DNA of 64,000 nucleotides from Octopus sinensis (GCF_006345805.1 NC_043024.1:17794001-17858000); one strand, 5' to 3'; counted from the stretch's first letter, positions 24,652 to 38,705 are shown. Made by a program: numbers and translations. Notes: generated by a model from the sequence alone, not told the origin.

Positions 24652-25057
24652 GGCGCAGGAGTGGCTGTGTGGTAAGTAGCTTGCTTACCAACCACATGGT
24701 TCTGGGTTCAGTCCCACTGCGTGGCATCTTGGGCAAGTGTCTTCTGCTATAGCCTCGGGCCGACCAAAGCCTTGTGAGTGGATTTGGTAGACGGAAACTG
24801 AAAGAAGCCCGTTGTATATATGTATATATATATATATATATATATGCATGTGTGTGTTTGTATGTCTGTGTCTGTCCCCCTAGCATTGCTTGACAACCGA
24901 TGCTGGTGTGTTTATGTCCCTGTTACTTAGCGGTTCGGCAAAAGAGACCAATAGAATAAGTACTGGGCTTACAAAAGAATAAGTCCCGGGGTCGAATTGC
25001 TCGATTAAAGGCGGTGCTCCAGCATGGCCACAATCAAATGACTGAAACAAGTAAAAG
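24652..25057 (+). mobile_element. SINE family A, young copy
   Basis: Near-identical to 4038-4420. Confidence 0.9.
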
Positions 25058-27877
25058 AAAAAAAAAATATATGTATGTATATATTTGTGTGTTTGTGTCT
25101 GTGTTTGTTGCTTCACCATCACTTGACAAACGGTGGTGTGTAACTTGGTGGTTCAGCAAAAGAGACCAATAAAACAAGTACTAGGCTTACAAAGAACCCA
25201 AGACTTACTTGGGTTCGAATTATTACACTAAAACCCCTTGAGGTGGTGCTCCAGCATGGCCGCAGTCAGATGGCTGAAACAAAGGAATAAAAGAATATAA
25301 ACATGCATGCAGCTGGTTTCTGTCCATTGTCTGTTTTACCGATTCCATCCCTAAAATATTGACCAAGCTGATTCTATAAAATAAATCATTTGCACAAGAC
25401 AGAGGGTAGGAGGATTGAACCTGCAAACCACATGGTTGCTGACCCAATACCTCAACCACTCATCCACATACACTCTCCACTTGACAATGTGCAATGAATA
25501 TTAGATGCACCACAGCAAACCATCCTGTCTCAATGCCATTGATCTTGTCTGTCTGTCTGTCTTTATATTTATTTATTTATTTATTAACCATGCTTCCTGC
25601 ACATGCAGAATGAAATAGAATGCACGTGTGATGCACAATAGTTGTTCATATTCTCAGCAGGTCATTCCGAAAGCACAGTGAAAAGGATGAGGAGATGGCA
25701 AGCTTGTTTTCTTGTTCTTGTTACAAGCATTTTTGATGTTGTTTTTCTTGTTATCCAGTTGAGTAATTTCGCATGCATGAACGGACACGGTAAATTCAAG
25801 TTATGTCCAAGTCCTTTGAATCACAGAGAAACTCTAAACAAAAACAATAATCATCCCCCCCACCATCATTTCCCCTTCCTCTACTCTCGTTTGTTTTTAA
25901 TATTTAATTCCTGAAAAGAGCATTGGAGTGGCTGAAACGGTGGAGCACCACACTAAACAAGATGTGTTATTTGACTCTGTATAGGGTTGGAAAGTCTGCT
26001 AGAAACAGCAGCTAAAAAATCTCCCTTGGATCATGTCCTATTTTGAGGGGAAAACTATTAAGCCATATATAGACAGTGAAGTTTCTGTTATACAACCATT
26101 AGACTGGATGGTCATTGTTGGAAGGACTTTATTCAAAGGACTTGACATAAGGTGTTGGAAAAGGCTAAACAAAAATAGCAGTGATGAGGGAAAACCCCTG
26201 GAATAGCGAGACATGGAAACTTTTACATTTGGTAGGGAAAGGATCACTCAAATGGCTAGGAATAGCTGCTAGAATTCCTCAAATTGCATATTTAAGGTGT
26301 CTTACAAAAGAAGATCACTTTGGATAAAAATGAAGACGAATGCACTACTCCATTTTTAATACAGGCACACCTCACCCTACGTTGTTAATTAAGTCGAAAA
26401 ATGACTAAAGTTGAATTAACTTGTCTCTAGACTAGGCCGAATTTACTTGTCTCTAGGCTAAACTGATAATAACCATTCCCAGTTCTGTACTTTATTTATG
26501 AATGCATTTTCAATAATACATGTTTAGTAAAAACCATGTGTGCTAAAATCTTGTCCTTATTATGTACAATCATCGATACATTTGTCCAACCCATCCCCCA
26601 AAATCATGCAACTGCAACCACTTCTTCACCTTTTGCATGGTGTTTTATCATATCCAGTCCAGTGTTATAGCATGATTCTTAGCAGCTTCACTATGAATTT
26701 TCTTAGGATCCATGGGGACAAAAAAAAAGTTACAAATGAATGAGAATAAGAAAGTAGCCGATAAACAGACGTACACAAATCTGAATTCAAAATAATCGCA
26801 GGAATCATGAGTGACAATGACAGTGCAATATGAGCTCCAAAAAGACTGATAAGACAACTCAGCTGATTTCAGGATTTCGTTCACTAAGCTACATTACTTT
26901 ATGGTGTGTATCTTAACATTTACTGTACATGTTTTAATATGATTTTATATGCTTTTATTCTTATTTATTGTACAGTAATAGGATTTTATGCGCTCTTAAC
27001 TGTTTTCTAGTGATTTTATGATTCCAATATTTGTGGCAGACAGATGTAAAGTCAAGAAAAATTACTTAACTTGATTTTATTTTTCCATATATTATTTTTG
27101 AAAACCAACGACTTAAACGTCTTAAGCCAAGGGATGCCGGATAAAATGCTTAGCAACATTTTGCCCATCGCTATGTTCTGAGTTCAAATTCCACCAAGGT
27201 CAACTTTACCTTTCATCCTTTCAGGGACAATAAAATAAGCACCAGTTGAAGACTGGGGTCCCCTGCACCACCACCCCACCAAATTTCTACCCTTGTGGAA
27301 AAATTTGAAACCCTTATTATTATTATTATTATTATTATTATTTGAAAGGGCTAAAGACAGACACTTTCCTCTTTGGCCAAGCCCTCATCAACTTTTTCAC
27401 ATTTCACTTGAAAAGGAAAGTGAGGGTGGAGAGGGAAGTGTTGCCTTGTAGCAAGTTTGTTGAAAGGTGGGTGAATGTTGGAAGAATGGCCAGTGTGAAA
27501 GGATTAATTCTGAGCATGCACCTGTACAAAAAAGAAGGTCTCTTGCCCTGTTGTTCAGGCACCCATGGGTTTTAAGGGTCTTTCCATAAGAACCTTAAAC
27601 CCCATCCCCCAAATTGCTGGCCTTGAGCTCAAATTTAAAATCAATATTGTTGTTGTTATTGTTGTTCACTGAATTATTGAAATGATGGGCAGATAATTGA
27701 GTGGTATTTGCTTCAGCTCTATTCATTCTGAGTTCAAACCCTTCTGAGGTCCACATTATGCTTCATCTCTCTGGGGTCAATAAAATAATGTAGCAGTCAA
27801 ATATTGGGGTCACTTCAATCAACCACCCTCCTCCCCTCTGATTTCAGACCTTGTGTCATTGTTAGAAATAAATAATA

Positions 27878-28620
27878 CACTGCGTAACAAAATTTATATT
27901 TTTGCTTTTTTTGTTCTGTGTCTTTGGTCAAAAAGTGTTATTTCCTATTTGCTTCAATCTAGAAATCAAAGGAAATGACTACTATCCCCGTCAAGCTTTG
28001 CTTTTCTGACCTGGACATCAATATTTTAAAACTGACCTATTTTCCATTACATTTCACACAGATTCAGTACTGAGTTGCTGAAGAAGAAATATCATTATAG
28101 CAAATATTCTGTTCAATACCAAAGATTTACCTGTCAGTTGCTTGACCATAACCACTTGAGCATGTTCCTTAGTGGCTGACAATATGAGCATCTCTGATCA
28201 TGAGCAGCATGTTGAGAGGGATTCTTTAGGGTTGGAATAAATGTAAGAAAATCAAAATTTGAAGGCAATATTAGCCGTTTTTAATACATTCTAGGGGTAA
28301 GCAAGTATAAAATAACTGTTGCCACTCAAGGACAAAAATACATTGTTATAGCAAATATTCTGCTCAGTGCCACAGATTTTCTTGTCAGTTTATTGATCTT
28401 AACCTCTTGAGCATGTCTCTTAGTGGTTGACAATATGTGCATATCTGAATATGAGCAGGAGTAGTGGGGGGAAGCACCATAGCCATATGTTGAGAGGAAT
28501 TCTTTAGGGTTTGAATAAATGTAAGTTTGAGGGAAATATTAACCATTTTTCATGCTTTCTCGGAGACGACAAATAGGAAATAGCAGTTGCTACCCAGGGA
28601 CAAAAATTGTGTTACACATT
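27878..28620. mobile_element. Tc1/mariner-like non-autonomous element with internal ~260-bp tandem duplication
   Basis: Imperfect TIRs cactgcgtaacaaaattt / aaattgtgttacacattg. Repeat units at about 28090-28340 and 28345-28605. Confidence 0.5.
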
Positions 28621-29179
28621 GTTTTTTATGTTGTTAGTGTTGTTTTTCAGTATTCTCTAAACACGAGTAATACATGTTGGTGCAAACAATGCACGATGTA
28701 GCAACACACTGCACATTGATGCTGCAACGATGTCTCTGTTGCCGTTTTTGCTGTTGATGGCTTCAGCTAGAACATGAGGAACTGTCACGACTTTTGTTAG
28801 AGAGTCGTGGTTGTGTGTATGTGTGGAAAGTTTGATAGAGCATGTGCATGTGTATGTATGCGTATATGTGCGTATTTAGATACATATGCACATCTGTGTG
28901 TATTTCTGAGCAAGTGGAGTGTCTGTTTGTGTGTGCCTCTGTATGCGTGTGTGTGTGTGTGTGCATATCTATGTAAATCTTAGAAAATTTGTGTACATTT
29001 ATCTATGTGTATATAGTCATGTATATATATGTATGTATTTATGTATATAATGCATATATGGGTGTGCATGTACACACAGACACACACATACATGCATATA
29101 CACAATGCCGGAACCACTTAAAAGTTTAAAAAAATTATGCTATAACGATTAACAAACACATGTTCATACACACTCAACT

Positions 29180-29216
<37 letters not shown>

Positions 29217-29352
29217 CTTGAAATAAGTCATAATGAACACAAAGCGAAATTATCACATACACATGTTAGAATCATTTAGTTGCACTTATATATTGGTATG
29301 TATATGCATATATATATACACACATATATATGCATATATATATATATATACA

Positions 29353-29395
<43 letters not shown>

Positions 29396-30517
29396 ACATA
29401 CATATATACACACACACATATATATTTACATACTTTAGAGAGAGAGCGTTAATGATTCAAATACATAAGAAGTACAATACATGTATATATATACATACAT
29501 ACATACACACACATATATGCACACATGCACACAGACAGATGCATCCTAAGCATGTGTGTGTGTACAAAGAGAGAGCAAGAGAGAGATGCATGTGTTAGAT
29601 ATCCATTTTTTGGGTACATATGTATCTGTATATGTATGTACATATTTCTTAAGTCTGTGTGTGTGTATATATATATATATATGTAATGTGTATAAACTGT
29701 GTATATATATTTGCATGGTTCACCACTTTCAGTAGTTTTTCATCTTATCATTTGACACCTTTCTACATCCACTTCTTATACACACACACACACAAAGTTA
29801 GCACTATTCTACACATCTCCTATATACCCACACAATTTACACACAGTTGACAGCATTCTACACCCCTTCTTAAGCACACCCACCCACATAGAGTTGACAC
29901 TATTGTGCACACCTTCCTGCACACACCTGACGCTTATTGTATACACACAGGTGAGCTTAGCTGTCGTGCCATGTGAAGCAAACAATACCATATATGGAAT
30001 GAAAAAGAATGGTTTCTTAGATCAACATGAAGTCAGGAAATTTGGTAGGGAAGTCTGGATTCTTCCAATGGAATCAACCCCAGCAGTTTTTGTTCAGTGT
30101 TACACGTTCTCTCTACTCTTGCCAATACAAGCATTCATATATGCACAAACACACACACACATACTCACACAAACACACATAATCTCACCGACCTATAAAC
30201 ATATACATACACACAAACATACACATACATACATGACAATTATATATATATATATATATATACATACATACACACACACACGCACACACATATATATGTA
30301 TGTATATGTATGCATGTATATATATATAGTCATCAGCATCATGGTTTAACATCCACTTTCCCATGCTGGCATGGGTCAGATGCGATTCATTGGGGCAAAT
30401 TTTCTACACCGGGATACTCTTCCTGTGATCAACCTTCATCTGGTTCCAAGTACCACCTTCCTACACTTCTTCTATATACATGTGTGTGTATATGTGTGTA
30501 CATGTGTGTGTGTGTGT

Positions 30518-30696
30518 AGGCATAGGAGTAGCTGTGTAGTAAGTAGCTTGTTTACCAACCACATGGTTCTGGGTTCATTCCCACTGCACGGCACCTTAGG
30601 CAAGTGTCTTCTATAGCCTTGGGCCGACCAAATCCTTGTGAGTGGATTTGGTAGACGGAAACTGGAAGAAGCCCGTCATATATATGTATGTATGTG

Positions 30697-30731
<35 letters not shown>

Positions 30732-30942
30732 ATGTATATATATATGTATGTGTGTCTGTGTTTGTCCCCTCAACATCACTTGACAACTGATGCTGGTGTT
30801 TATGTCCCCGTAACTTAGTGGTTTGGCAAAAGAGACCGATGGAATAAGTACTAGGCTTACAAAGAATAAGTCCTGGGGTCAATTTGCTCGACTAAAGGTG
30901 GTGCTCCAGCATGGCCACAGTCAAATGACTGAAAGAAGTAAA
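30518..30942 (+). mobile_element. SINE family A
   Basis: Similar to 4038-4420. Confidence 0.85.
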
Positions 30943-31647
30943 AGGGAGAGAGAGTACACATATTTTCAGTCCCACTGCTGTGAGCCTTAAGCAAGTGTCT
31001 TATACCATAGGCCCAGGCCAAGCAAAGCCTTGTGATGCATTTGGTAGATGGAAACCATCTGCAGACAATTCGTTGACAGACAATTTGCTGAGCGAAAGTG
31101 TTGATCATGGAGTTCCTCAAAACAGAACAAGAAAGCAGAAAGCTTCTATACAAAGGGCATGGCAGAATTATTACTGATTGAACCATGAAAGAAAAGCCTT
31201 ATTTGAGATGTGCAAATCTTAAACTGTGCAGTGCTAGACTTTTGGCCAACTGCCTCAATGAATTGTCTGTCTACCAATGGAAATGGAAAGAAGTCCATTG
31301 TATATATGTGTGTGTGAAAGAGTATGTGTGTGTCCTTGTGTTAGTGTTTGTCCCCAACTACTGCTTGACAACCGGTGTTAGCATGTTTACATTCCTGTAA
31401 CTTAACGATTTAGCAAAGAAAATCAACAGAATATGTACCAGGCTTTAAAAAATTAATAAGTACAGGGGTCGATTCATTTGACTAAAAGTTCTTCAAGGTG
31501 GTGCCCCAGCTTGGCCACAGTTTAATGGCTGAAACAAGTAAAAGGTAGAAGAAAACTCTGATATATATATATATAATTTTTTTTTATGTAATGATATAAA
31601 AAAAAAACCAAGGCTGTGTAGATTTTAGAACATTTATAGATAGAAGG

Positions 31648-31693
31648 TCTTACAGCTGTTTCTAGGATATTTATTATATTCCTTCAGTGGAGA
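31648..31693 (-). ncRNA. Decayed minimal hammerhead with palindromic stem III
   Basis: UCU-CCACUGA-AGG...CCU-A-GAAA-CAGCUG-UA-AGA. Confidence 0.5.
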
Positions 31694-31769
31694 TGGTGTG
31701 AGAAGATGGTTAAGCAATAGTTAATTTAGATAAGATATGAAAAAGAGAGTGAGGTAGAGGAATGAAAAT

Positions 31770-31900
31770 AGATGTGAGATACGCAGGAATATTGTTGTAT
31801 TTGTAGATCCATTATTTAGGCAGAATGGTATACATATAAGATTCCAATACCTTATGAGTAAAATCCAATAGTATTTAAAATTGGTCATTCCAAGTATGGG
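31770..31900 (-). pseudogene. Possible Penelope-like GIY-YIG C-terminal remnant
   Basis: F*ILLDFTHKVLESYMYTILPK resembles the PLE motif F.IL...L..LES..I...P. Contains stops. Confidence 0.35.
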
Positions 31901-32169
31901 GTTTATACACAGTGTTATTGAATCTAGGGTTTTATTTAAAGTGACCTAAAAGTAAGGAATGTATTAGTAGAGTCAAATCGAAAACAGGAAGAGAGGAATA
32001 AAGAAAGAGAAAAAAGAGAAAAGAAAGAAGAAAACAAATATATATAGATATACACACACACACACGCACATATACATATATTATAATTTGAAAACAAAGA
32101 AGAGAGTGGAGATTTATTCCCATCCAAAGTGTTTTTATTAAAAATGTTTTCTACAGCATATATAACAAT

Positions 32170-32254
32170 GACCAACATATGTTTCTACTGCAGCAACTGC
32201 ACATTGCTCTGTATTCAATTATGCATCCTAGTCACTGCAATTTCATCAAGGGTC
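32170..32254 (-). ncRNA. Type I hammerhead-like motif with palindromic stem III
   Basis: GACC-CU(U)GAUGA-A-AUUGCAG...CUGCAGU-A-GAAA-CAUAUG-UU-GGUC. One extra U in the core. Confidence 0.6.
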
Positions 32255-32624
32255 CATCACTTATGACATTTTCAAAGTAAACTAATTCAAACAAGCTTCC
32301 TGTGTTGGTATTCAGTTGAAGGTTATAGCGTTATTATTTGAATTGAATTGAATTCTGGTCTTATAATCCCCTTTGCTGGTATTACAGTTGAATCTTGGTT
32401 TATAAAATGTTCATTCATATTACAATCAATTCTAGCAGTTGTGTTTACATTTAACTGTATGGAGTACATTATTTAATTCAGAAGTAATTCACTTAGGTTT
32501 AGGTTTATACACTCAATTAATATCGTTATTGTTATTACTAAAATTATTTTAGTATTATCTGCAAAAGATCATTAATTATCACAATCATTGTGAACTAATA
32601 ATATATATATGTGTTTTCAGTGCA

Positions 32625-32685
32625 AATGGTTATATATATGCATATACATACATACATATATATATATATACATATATATATATTA

Positions 32686-32753
<68 letters not shown>

Positions 32754-32765
32754 TTATATATATAT

Positions 32766-32814
<49 letters not shown>

Positions 32815-32844
32815 TATATATACATATATAATATATATATATAC

Positions 32845-32915
<71 letters not shown>

Positions 32916-32972
32916 TATATATATATATATTACATATATATATATTATATATACATATATACATATATATAC

Positions 32973-33005
<33 letters not shown>

Positions 33006-33043
33006 CATATAATATACATTATATATATATATATATATAGATA

Positions 33044-33122
<79 letters not shown>

Positions 33123-33138
33123 TATATCATATATATAC

Positions 33139-33213
<75 letters not shown>

Positions 33214-33303
33214 TATATAATTATATATATATTATATATATATATATACATATATATTATATATATATATTATATAACATATATATATATATATATATAA
33301 TAC

Positions 33304-33358
<55 letters not shown>

Positions 33359-33389
33359 TATATATATATATACATATATATACTACATA

Positions 33390-33427
<38 letters not shown>

Positions 33428-33515
33428 CATATATATATACATATATATCTATATATATACTATATATATATTATATATATTATATATATATACATATATA
33501 TATACATATATATAT
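32625..33515. repeat. ~0.9-kb degenerate (TA)n array
   Basis: Direct observation. Confidence 0.95.
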
Positions 33516-33639
33516 GCCACATATGTGTGTGTGTGTGTTGTATTTATCTATAGTTTATATATGTATGTCACTATACGTGTGTTTTTATATTTGCATGTGT
33601 GTATGTGTGTGAATATACATATCTCTCTCCTCTCTCTCT

Positions 33640-33695
<56 letters not shown>

Positions 33696-34679
33696 GTATT
33701 TTATGTATGTACACATGCACTCACATGATTGAAGGAAGATATTTAAATCTTTGTACGGCTGTGTGTTTATGTATTTCTTTATGGTTACGTTGTATAAGTA
33801 TATACACCCACATACCTATTCTTAAATTGTTAAATCACAATTTACCATTTATTCAGTTATAGTGCTTAGATTTTATACATACATATATATATACACAAGT
33901 ATATGTGTTTGTGTGTACACCCACCTGCCTTCTATTTTCAAATCACAATTTACTGTTTATTTATCTCTAGCCTTTTATTCTATATGTACGTGTGTGTGCG
34001 TGCATACATATATCCTCACCTGCCTCCTATTCTCGAACCACTGTTCACCGTTTATTAATCTCTAGCATTTATATTTTATAAATTCTCGCCATTCATTTAA
34101 AATCCATTCATCATTTTCTTAGCATTAATTGATCGTCTGCAAATTGAAGGGAGATTGTTTGCTTTGCTCTCTCAGACATCGGTAAAAGGAACCAGACTTA
34201 CAGCTTAGCACACAGACAGCTAAGACAATGAGGAATTTACAGCAGAACAGACCAAATGTCTAAAGAAGGTCAAATGCCTGTAAACCCAGTTAATCATTCG
34301 TTCCTAATTTGGGTAAACAAGACAATTGAAGCAGAGAATAGTTGTGTTGTTGTTGTTGCTGTTTAGCCCCAGGTTAGGCTCAGTTGAGTAGATGTATGAT
34401 CAAAATCTTTCCAGTCATGTTTGCATACTTCCCCCTCCTCTAGGAATAGTGTATCTTGTACTATATTATTGAATGTGACCTTCCTATCTTTTGTTTAAGT
34501 GCAGGTCAGCTCTGATTTAGTTGGCTTGTAATTAAACAGACATGTTCCAGGCCAGACTACCCCATCGTTCCATTTTTAGGAATCAATGCTTCAGCATGGG
34601 CACAGCCTTAGGAGTGAAACATGTAAAAGAATGAAAAAATATTTATGTATGTATGTGAGTAGGGAATATTGGCAATCAA

Positions 34680-35068
34680 AATCAAAATTAAAATCAAAAT
34701 TGAAATCGAAATCTCTCAACATCAATGGAAATTGTAGCTGAGATACCAGTGCCGGTGGCACGTAAGAGAACCGTCCGAACTTGGCCGTTGCCAGCCCCGC
34801 CCCGACTGGCCTCTATGCCGGTGGCATGTAAAAAGCACCATCCAATCGTGGCCGTTTGCCAGCCTCGTCTGGCACCTGTGCAGGTGGCACATAAAATCAC
34901 CCACTACACTCTCGGAGTGGTTGGCCTTAGGAAGGGCATCCAGCTGTAGAAACACTGCCAGATCAGACTGGGCCTGGCGCAGCCTCTTGGCTTTCCAGAC
35001 CCCAGTTGAACCGTCCAACTCATGCTAGCATGGAAAACGGACATTAAATGATGATGATGATGATGATA
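34680..35068 (+). mobile_element. RTE LINE 3' UTR fragment with repeated gtgccggtggcac hairpin units
   Basis: Matches about 62500-62870 and ends in (GAT)n. Confidence 0.85.
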
Positions 35069-35100
35069 ATATATAAAATTATAATAATAATAATAATAAT

Positions 35101-35145
<45 letters not shown>

Positions 35146-35383
35146 TAAAAATTTATAAGTTTAAATATTAATTTAATAATTTTTAAAATGTTAACTTTAT
35201 ATTTTATATATGTTTTATTAATTTTATTTTTATATATTGGTTTATGAGTTTTTACTGTTTGATTTGCCTAATAGTGGTTTATCTCAATTTAATATATATA
35301 TATTTATACTATAAAATTAGATTTAATCCTAAATCTAATTTTTCCCTGTAAGTTTGGATTTACTCCATAATATTTTTATTATA

Positions 35384-35414
<31 letters not shown>

Positions 35415-35507
35415 AAATTAATTAAGGTAGAAATTGATATTTATCAATTAAAACCAGTGCTGTCTAGCATATTAAAAGAATCCGAAGATTAAAATATTTA
35501 TATATAG

Positions 35508-35727
35508 CAATTAAGGACTGAACACGAAAAGTGGACAGTCAACATGCTAGAATAGACATTAAATCGCCATTCTCCACAAGATTATGTTCTCAAATCAAAC
35601 TCAGCACAAAACTTGTGCTGGTTTTGTGCTGAGTTTGATTTGAGAACATAATCTTTGTGGAGAATGGCGATTTGACGTCTATATCTAGCATGTTGACTGT
35701 CCACTTTTCGTGTTCAGTCCTTAATTG
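35508..35727. repeat. Near-perfect fold-back palindrome, ~105-bp arms, 8-nt spacer
   Basis: caattaaggactg...cacaaaac / gttttgtg...cagtccttaattg, flanked by (TA)n. Confidence 0.9.
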
Positions 35728-36214
35728 GTATATATATATAGATAGATAGATAGTTAGATAGATAGATAGATAGATAGATATAGGTGAGGTAAGAAGCTTG
35801 CTTCCCAACCACATGGATCTGGGTTCAGTCCCAATGAATGGCATCTTGGGCAAATGTTTTCCACTATAGCCCTGGACCAATCAAAAGCTTGTGAGTGGAT
35901 GTGGTAGACAGAAACTGAAAGAAGCCCATTATGTGTATATGTCTGTGTGTGTGTCCTCTGTCTCTCCCCCACCATCACCCCTTGACACCTGGTATTAGTG
36001 TACTTGTGTCCCTGTAACTTAGTGGTTTAACAAAGTGACTGATAGAATAAGTACTAGGCTTAAAAAAAGTACTGGGGTCAGTTTGTTTGACTAAAAAACC
36101 CTTCAAGGCAGTGCTTCAGCTTGTTACATATACACATACACATTCATACATACACACGCATACACATGCACACACATAGGGAGAAAGTGGTATGCTAAGT
36201 AATGCTTGGAATAA

Positions 36215-36412
36215 ACCCAATAAATGGGAAGTAAAATGTATTTGTAGGGACCCTTCAAAATGCCAGAATAATGTAATCTGTAAATGTAGCATACAAATCC
36301 ATAATAGCCAAAGAAGAACCTATATCGGTAGCATGATAAATTTCAAGCAAAGGTATAGGAGCGACCTTAGTTCTTTTAAGAATCCAAAATATAGGACATC
36401 CACCGCATTAGC
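36215..36412 (+). pseudogene. Penelope-like element GIY-YIG endonuclease fragment
   Basis: KCICRDPSKCQNNVICKCSI...RTYIGSMINFKQRYRSDLSSFKNPKYRTSTALA has the Cys motif, a GIY/YIG-like hairpin and the F..R helix. It is cut off by a SINE A fragment. Confidence 0.8.
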
Positions 36413-36611
36413 ATCGTGGTACCTTGGGCAAGTGTCTTCTGTTATAGCCTCAGGCCAACCAAAGCCTTGTGAGTGGATTTGGTAGATGGAAACTGAAAGA
36501 AGACTATTGTGTAAATGTGTGTGTGTGTGTTTGTTCTCCCATCATCGCTTGACAACCGATGCTGGTGTGTTTTTATATATATATATAGATGATGATGATG
36601 ATGATATATAT

Positions 36612-36813
36612 ATTAGATCGTTAGCCGCTACACACATTTTTTTCTCTTTTTTCTCTCTCCTTGTTTCTCTCCTTGTTTTTCTGTGTACCTTTCTGTAGAA
36701 GAGCGTAGGCTCGAAACGTAAAGACTTATCTATTCCTCGAGCGTTATACTAATACATCTGTTTTTTTGTACACCACCTGTCTTCGTCTTTTGGTTTTTTT
36801 CATAAACTTTCCC
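36612..36813 (+). mobile_element. ~200-bp HHR-like repeat (copy 2; motif at 36689-36724) inserted inside a SINE A
   Basis: Reverse complement of 19820-20001. Confidence 0.65.
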
Positions 36814-38672
36814 TATATATGTATGTATAATATATATATATATATAATATATATATATATATACACACACACTATATATAATGTTTGTGTGTCTGTGTTT
36901 GTTCCCCACCACTACCATTACTTGACAACCGATGCTGGTGTGTTTACGTCCCCATAAACTTAGCAGTTTGGCAAAAGAGACCGATAGAATAAATACTAGG
37001 CTTACAAAGAATAAGTCCTGAGGTCAATTTGCTCGACTAAAGGCGGTACTCCAGCATGGCCACAGTCAAATGACTGAAGCAAGTAAAAGAGTGTATATAT
37101 ATATCTAACACTAGGTACTGGACTGCTGATCACATGATCATCATTTCAAACGTTATTACTACAACCATTATGTTATTATGAAACTGACATAGTGTATCTA
37201 GGACTATATTCTTGAGTATGTTATTATTTCTTTAAGGCATGAGCATTCTGTTATTCTCTTTGGCATTGTGTATCTAAGACTACATTATCTAATGTGTCCC
37301 TTGCTTTCCGTAAATGGCAAATAAAGTATGTGATTCAAGTGGGATTTGGCTGTTATCTCTAGTAGAGCAAGCGACCACTGTACAAACTCCTTCATTTTCT
37401 CGTTCACAGTTGAATGGTTTGAGGTGGTTAGAAGTCGGAAAATCACCCAACTGTGAAATGATCGCAAAATTTTTAAAAACACCATCTAATTGATGCAAAC
37501 ATGGAGGGGAAGTAATCGATGCCAAAATACTTGGGAAAAGATAGCAGAGTGGAGTTGGCAGGGGGTGGGTTGCGGGGGTGGGGGTTGGGGGTTGGCGGGG
37601 GTTGGGGGGTTGGCGGGGGGTGGGGGCTTGACCTAATGGTAGTTGTTATCATCATCATCATCATCATCATCATCATTTCATTTCCTGTATTGTTTATTTA
37701 TATATTTTAATGATTTAAGTCAGAGGAGGAAGAATAAATTTCCGTAAAACCCAATGGGGGTGGAGTGGAGGGTTTCATTACTGAAGGGAGGAGGTGGGTA
37801 GAGGAAAGGAGGGGGGAAGAAAAAGGATGAAAGAGTGGGGAGATGTGTGGGTGGAAGTGTATTCTCCGAGCAGTGACCTGGCTTGCAACAGAGCCGAAAC
37901 GTGGCTGAAAAAGCAACCATCATGGATAGGGAAGAGGGTGTTGGTTAGGGGAAGGAGTTAGTGGAGGCGATGATGACAGCAAGGGGTGCAGTTGATTGCA
38001 GCAAGGCTGGTGGGATTGATGGCAGTGGGTATGGCAATGATATATAAGTCTAAATGACATGGGGATGGTGGCAGCACATGACTCAGTGGTTAGAGTGTTG
38101 GACTTATGATGGTGAGATTGTGGTTTCAATTCCTGCACCGGGCAACGTGCAAAACACTTCATTTCATGTTACTCCAGTTCACTCAGCTGGAAAAAGTGAG
38201 TCATCCTACAATCAGTGACTGGCATCCTATCCAAGGGGGAAATATATACACCACAGAAACCAAGAAACTGGCCCTTATGAAACTAAATGGCTTGAGAATG
38301 GCAGAAGTGTGTGGCTTAGTGGTTAAGGTGTTGGACTCATGTTTGTAAAATTGTGGTTTCAATTCATGGATTGGGCAATGCTGTGAGTTCTTGAGCAAGA
38401 CACTTCATTTCATATTGTTCCAGTCCACTCAGCTGGCAAATATGAGTACTCCTGCGATGAACCAGCGTACAATCCAGCCATGGGAATTTACACGCCGTAG
38501 AAACTAGGAAACAGCTTTGTTCTTTATATGTGTGCGTACATGTGTGTATGTGTGAGTTAGAGAGGAGGGAAGTGTGTCTCCAGTCTTGTTTCAGCTAAAA
38601 TATTTCTAAACTGGAATATCTCTGTAATGGCTGCTAAATCTTCTCTCCTGTCAATACATCTTTGTCTATTTG

Positions 38673-38705
<33 letters not shown>

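Noticed and set aside
26540-26900. Possible transposase C-terminal remnant (RYICP)
   Set aside because: Too degenerate to support.
32611-33251. Long YI/IY-repeat ORFs here and at 38782-39208, 3789-4103 and elsewhere
   Set aside because: Translations of (TA)n/(CA)n microsatellites.
34202-34277. Possible minus-strand exon (GTAAGT donor, hydrophobic peptide TFGLFCCKFLIVLAVCVLS)
   Set aside because: No start codon or supporting exons, and the best acceptor gives stops in all frames. Needs RNA-seq.
37860-37915. GGCU...AGCC-GAAACGU motif
   Set aside because: Core absent, G at the cleavage position, and no stem I.
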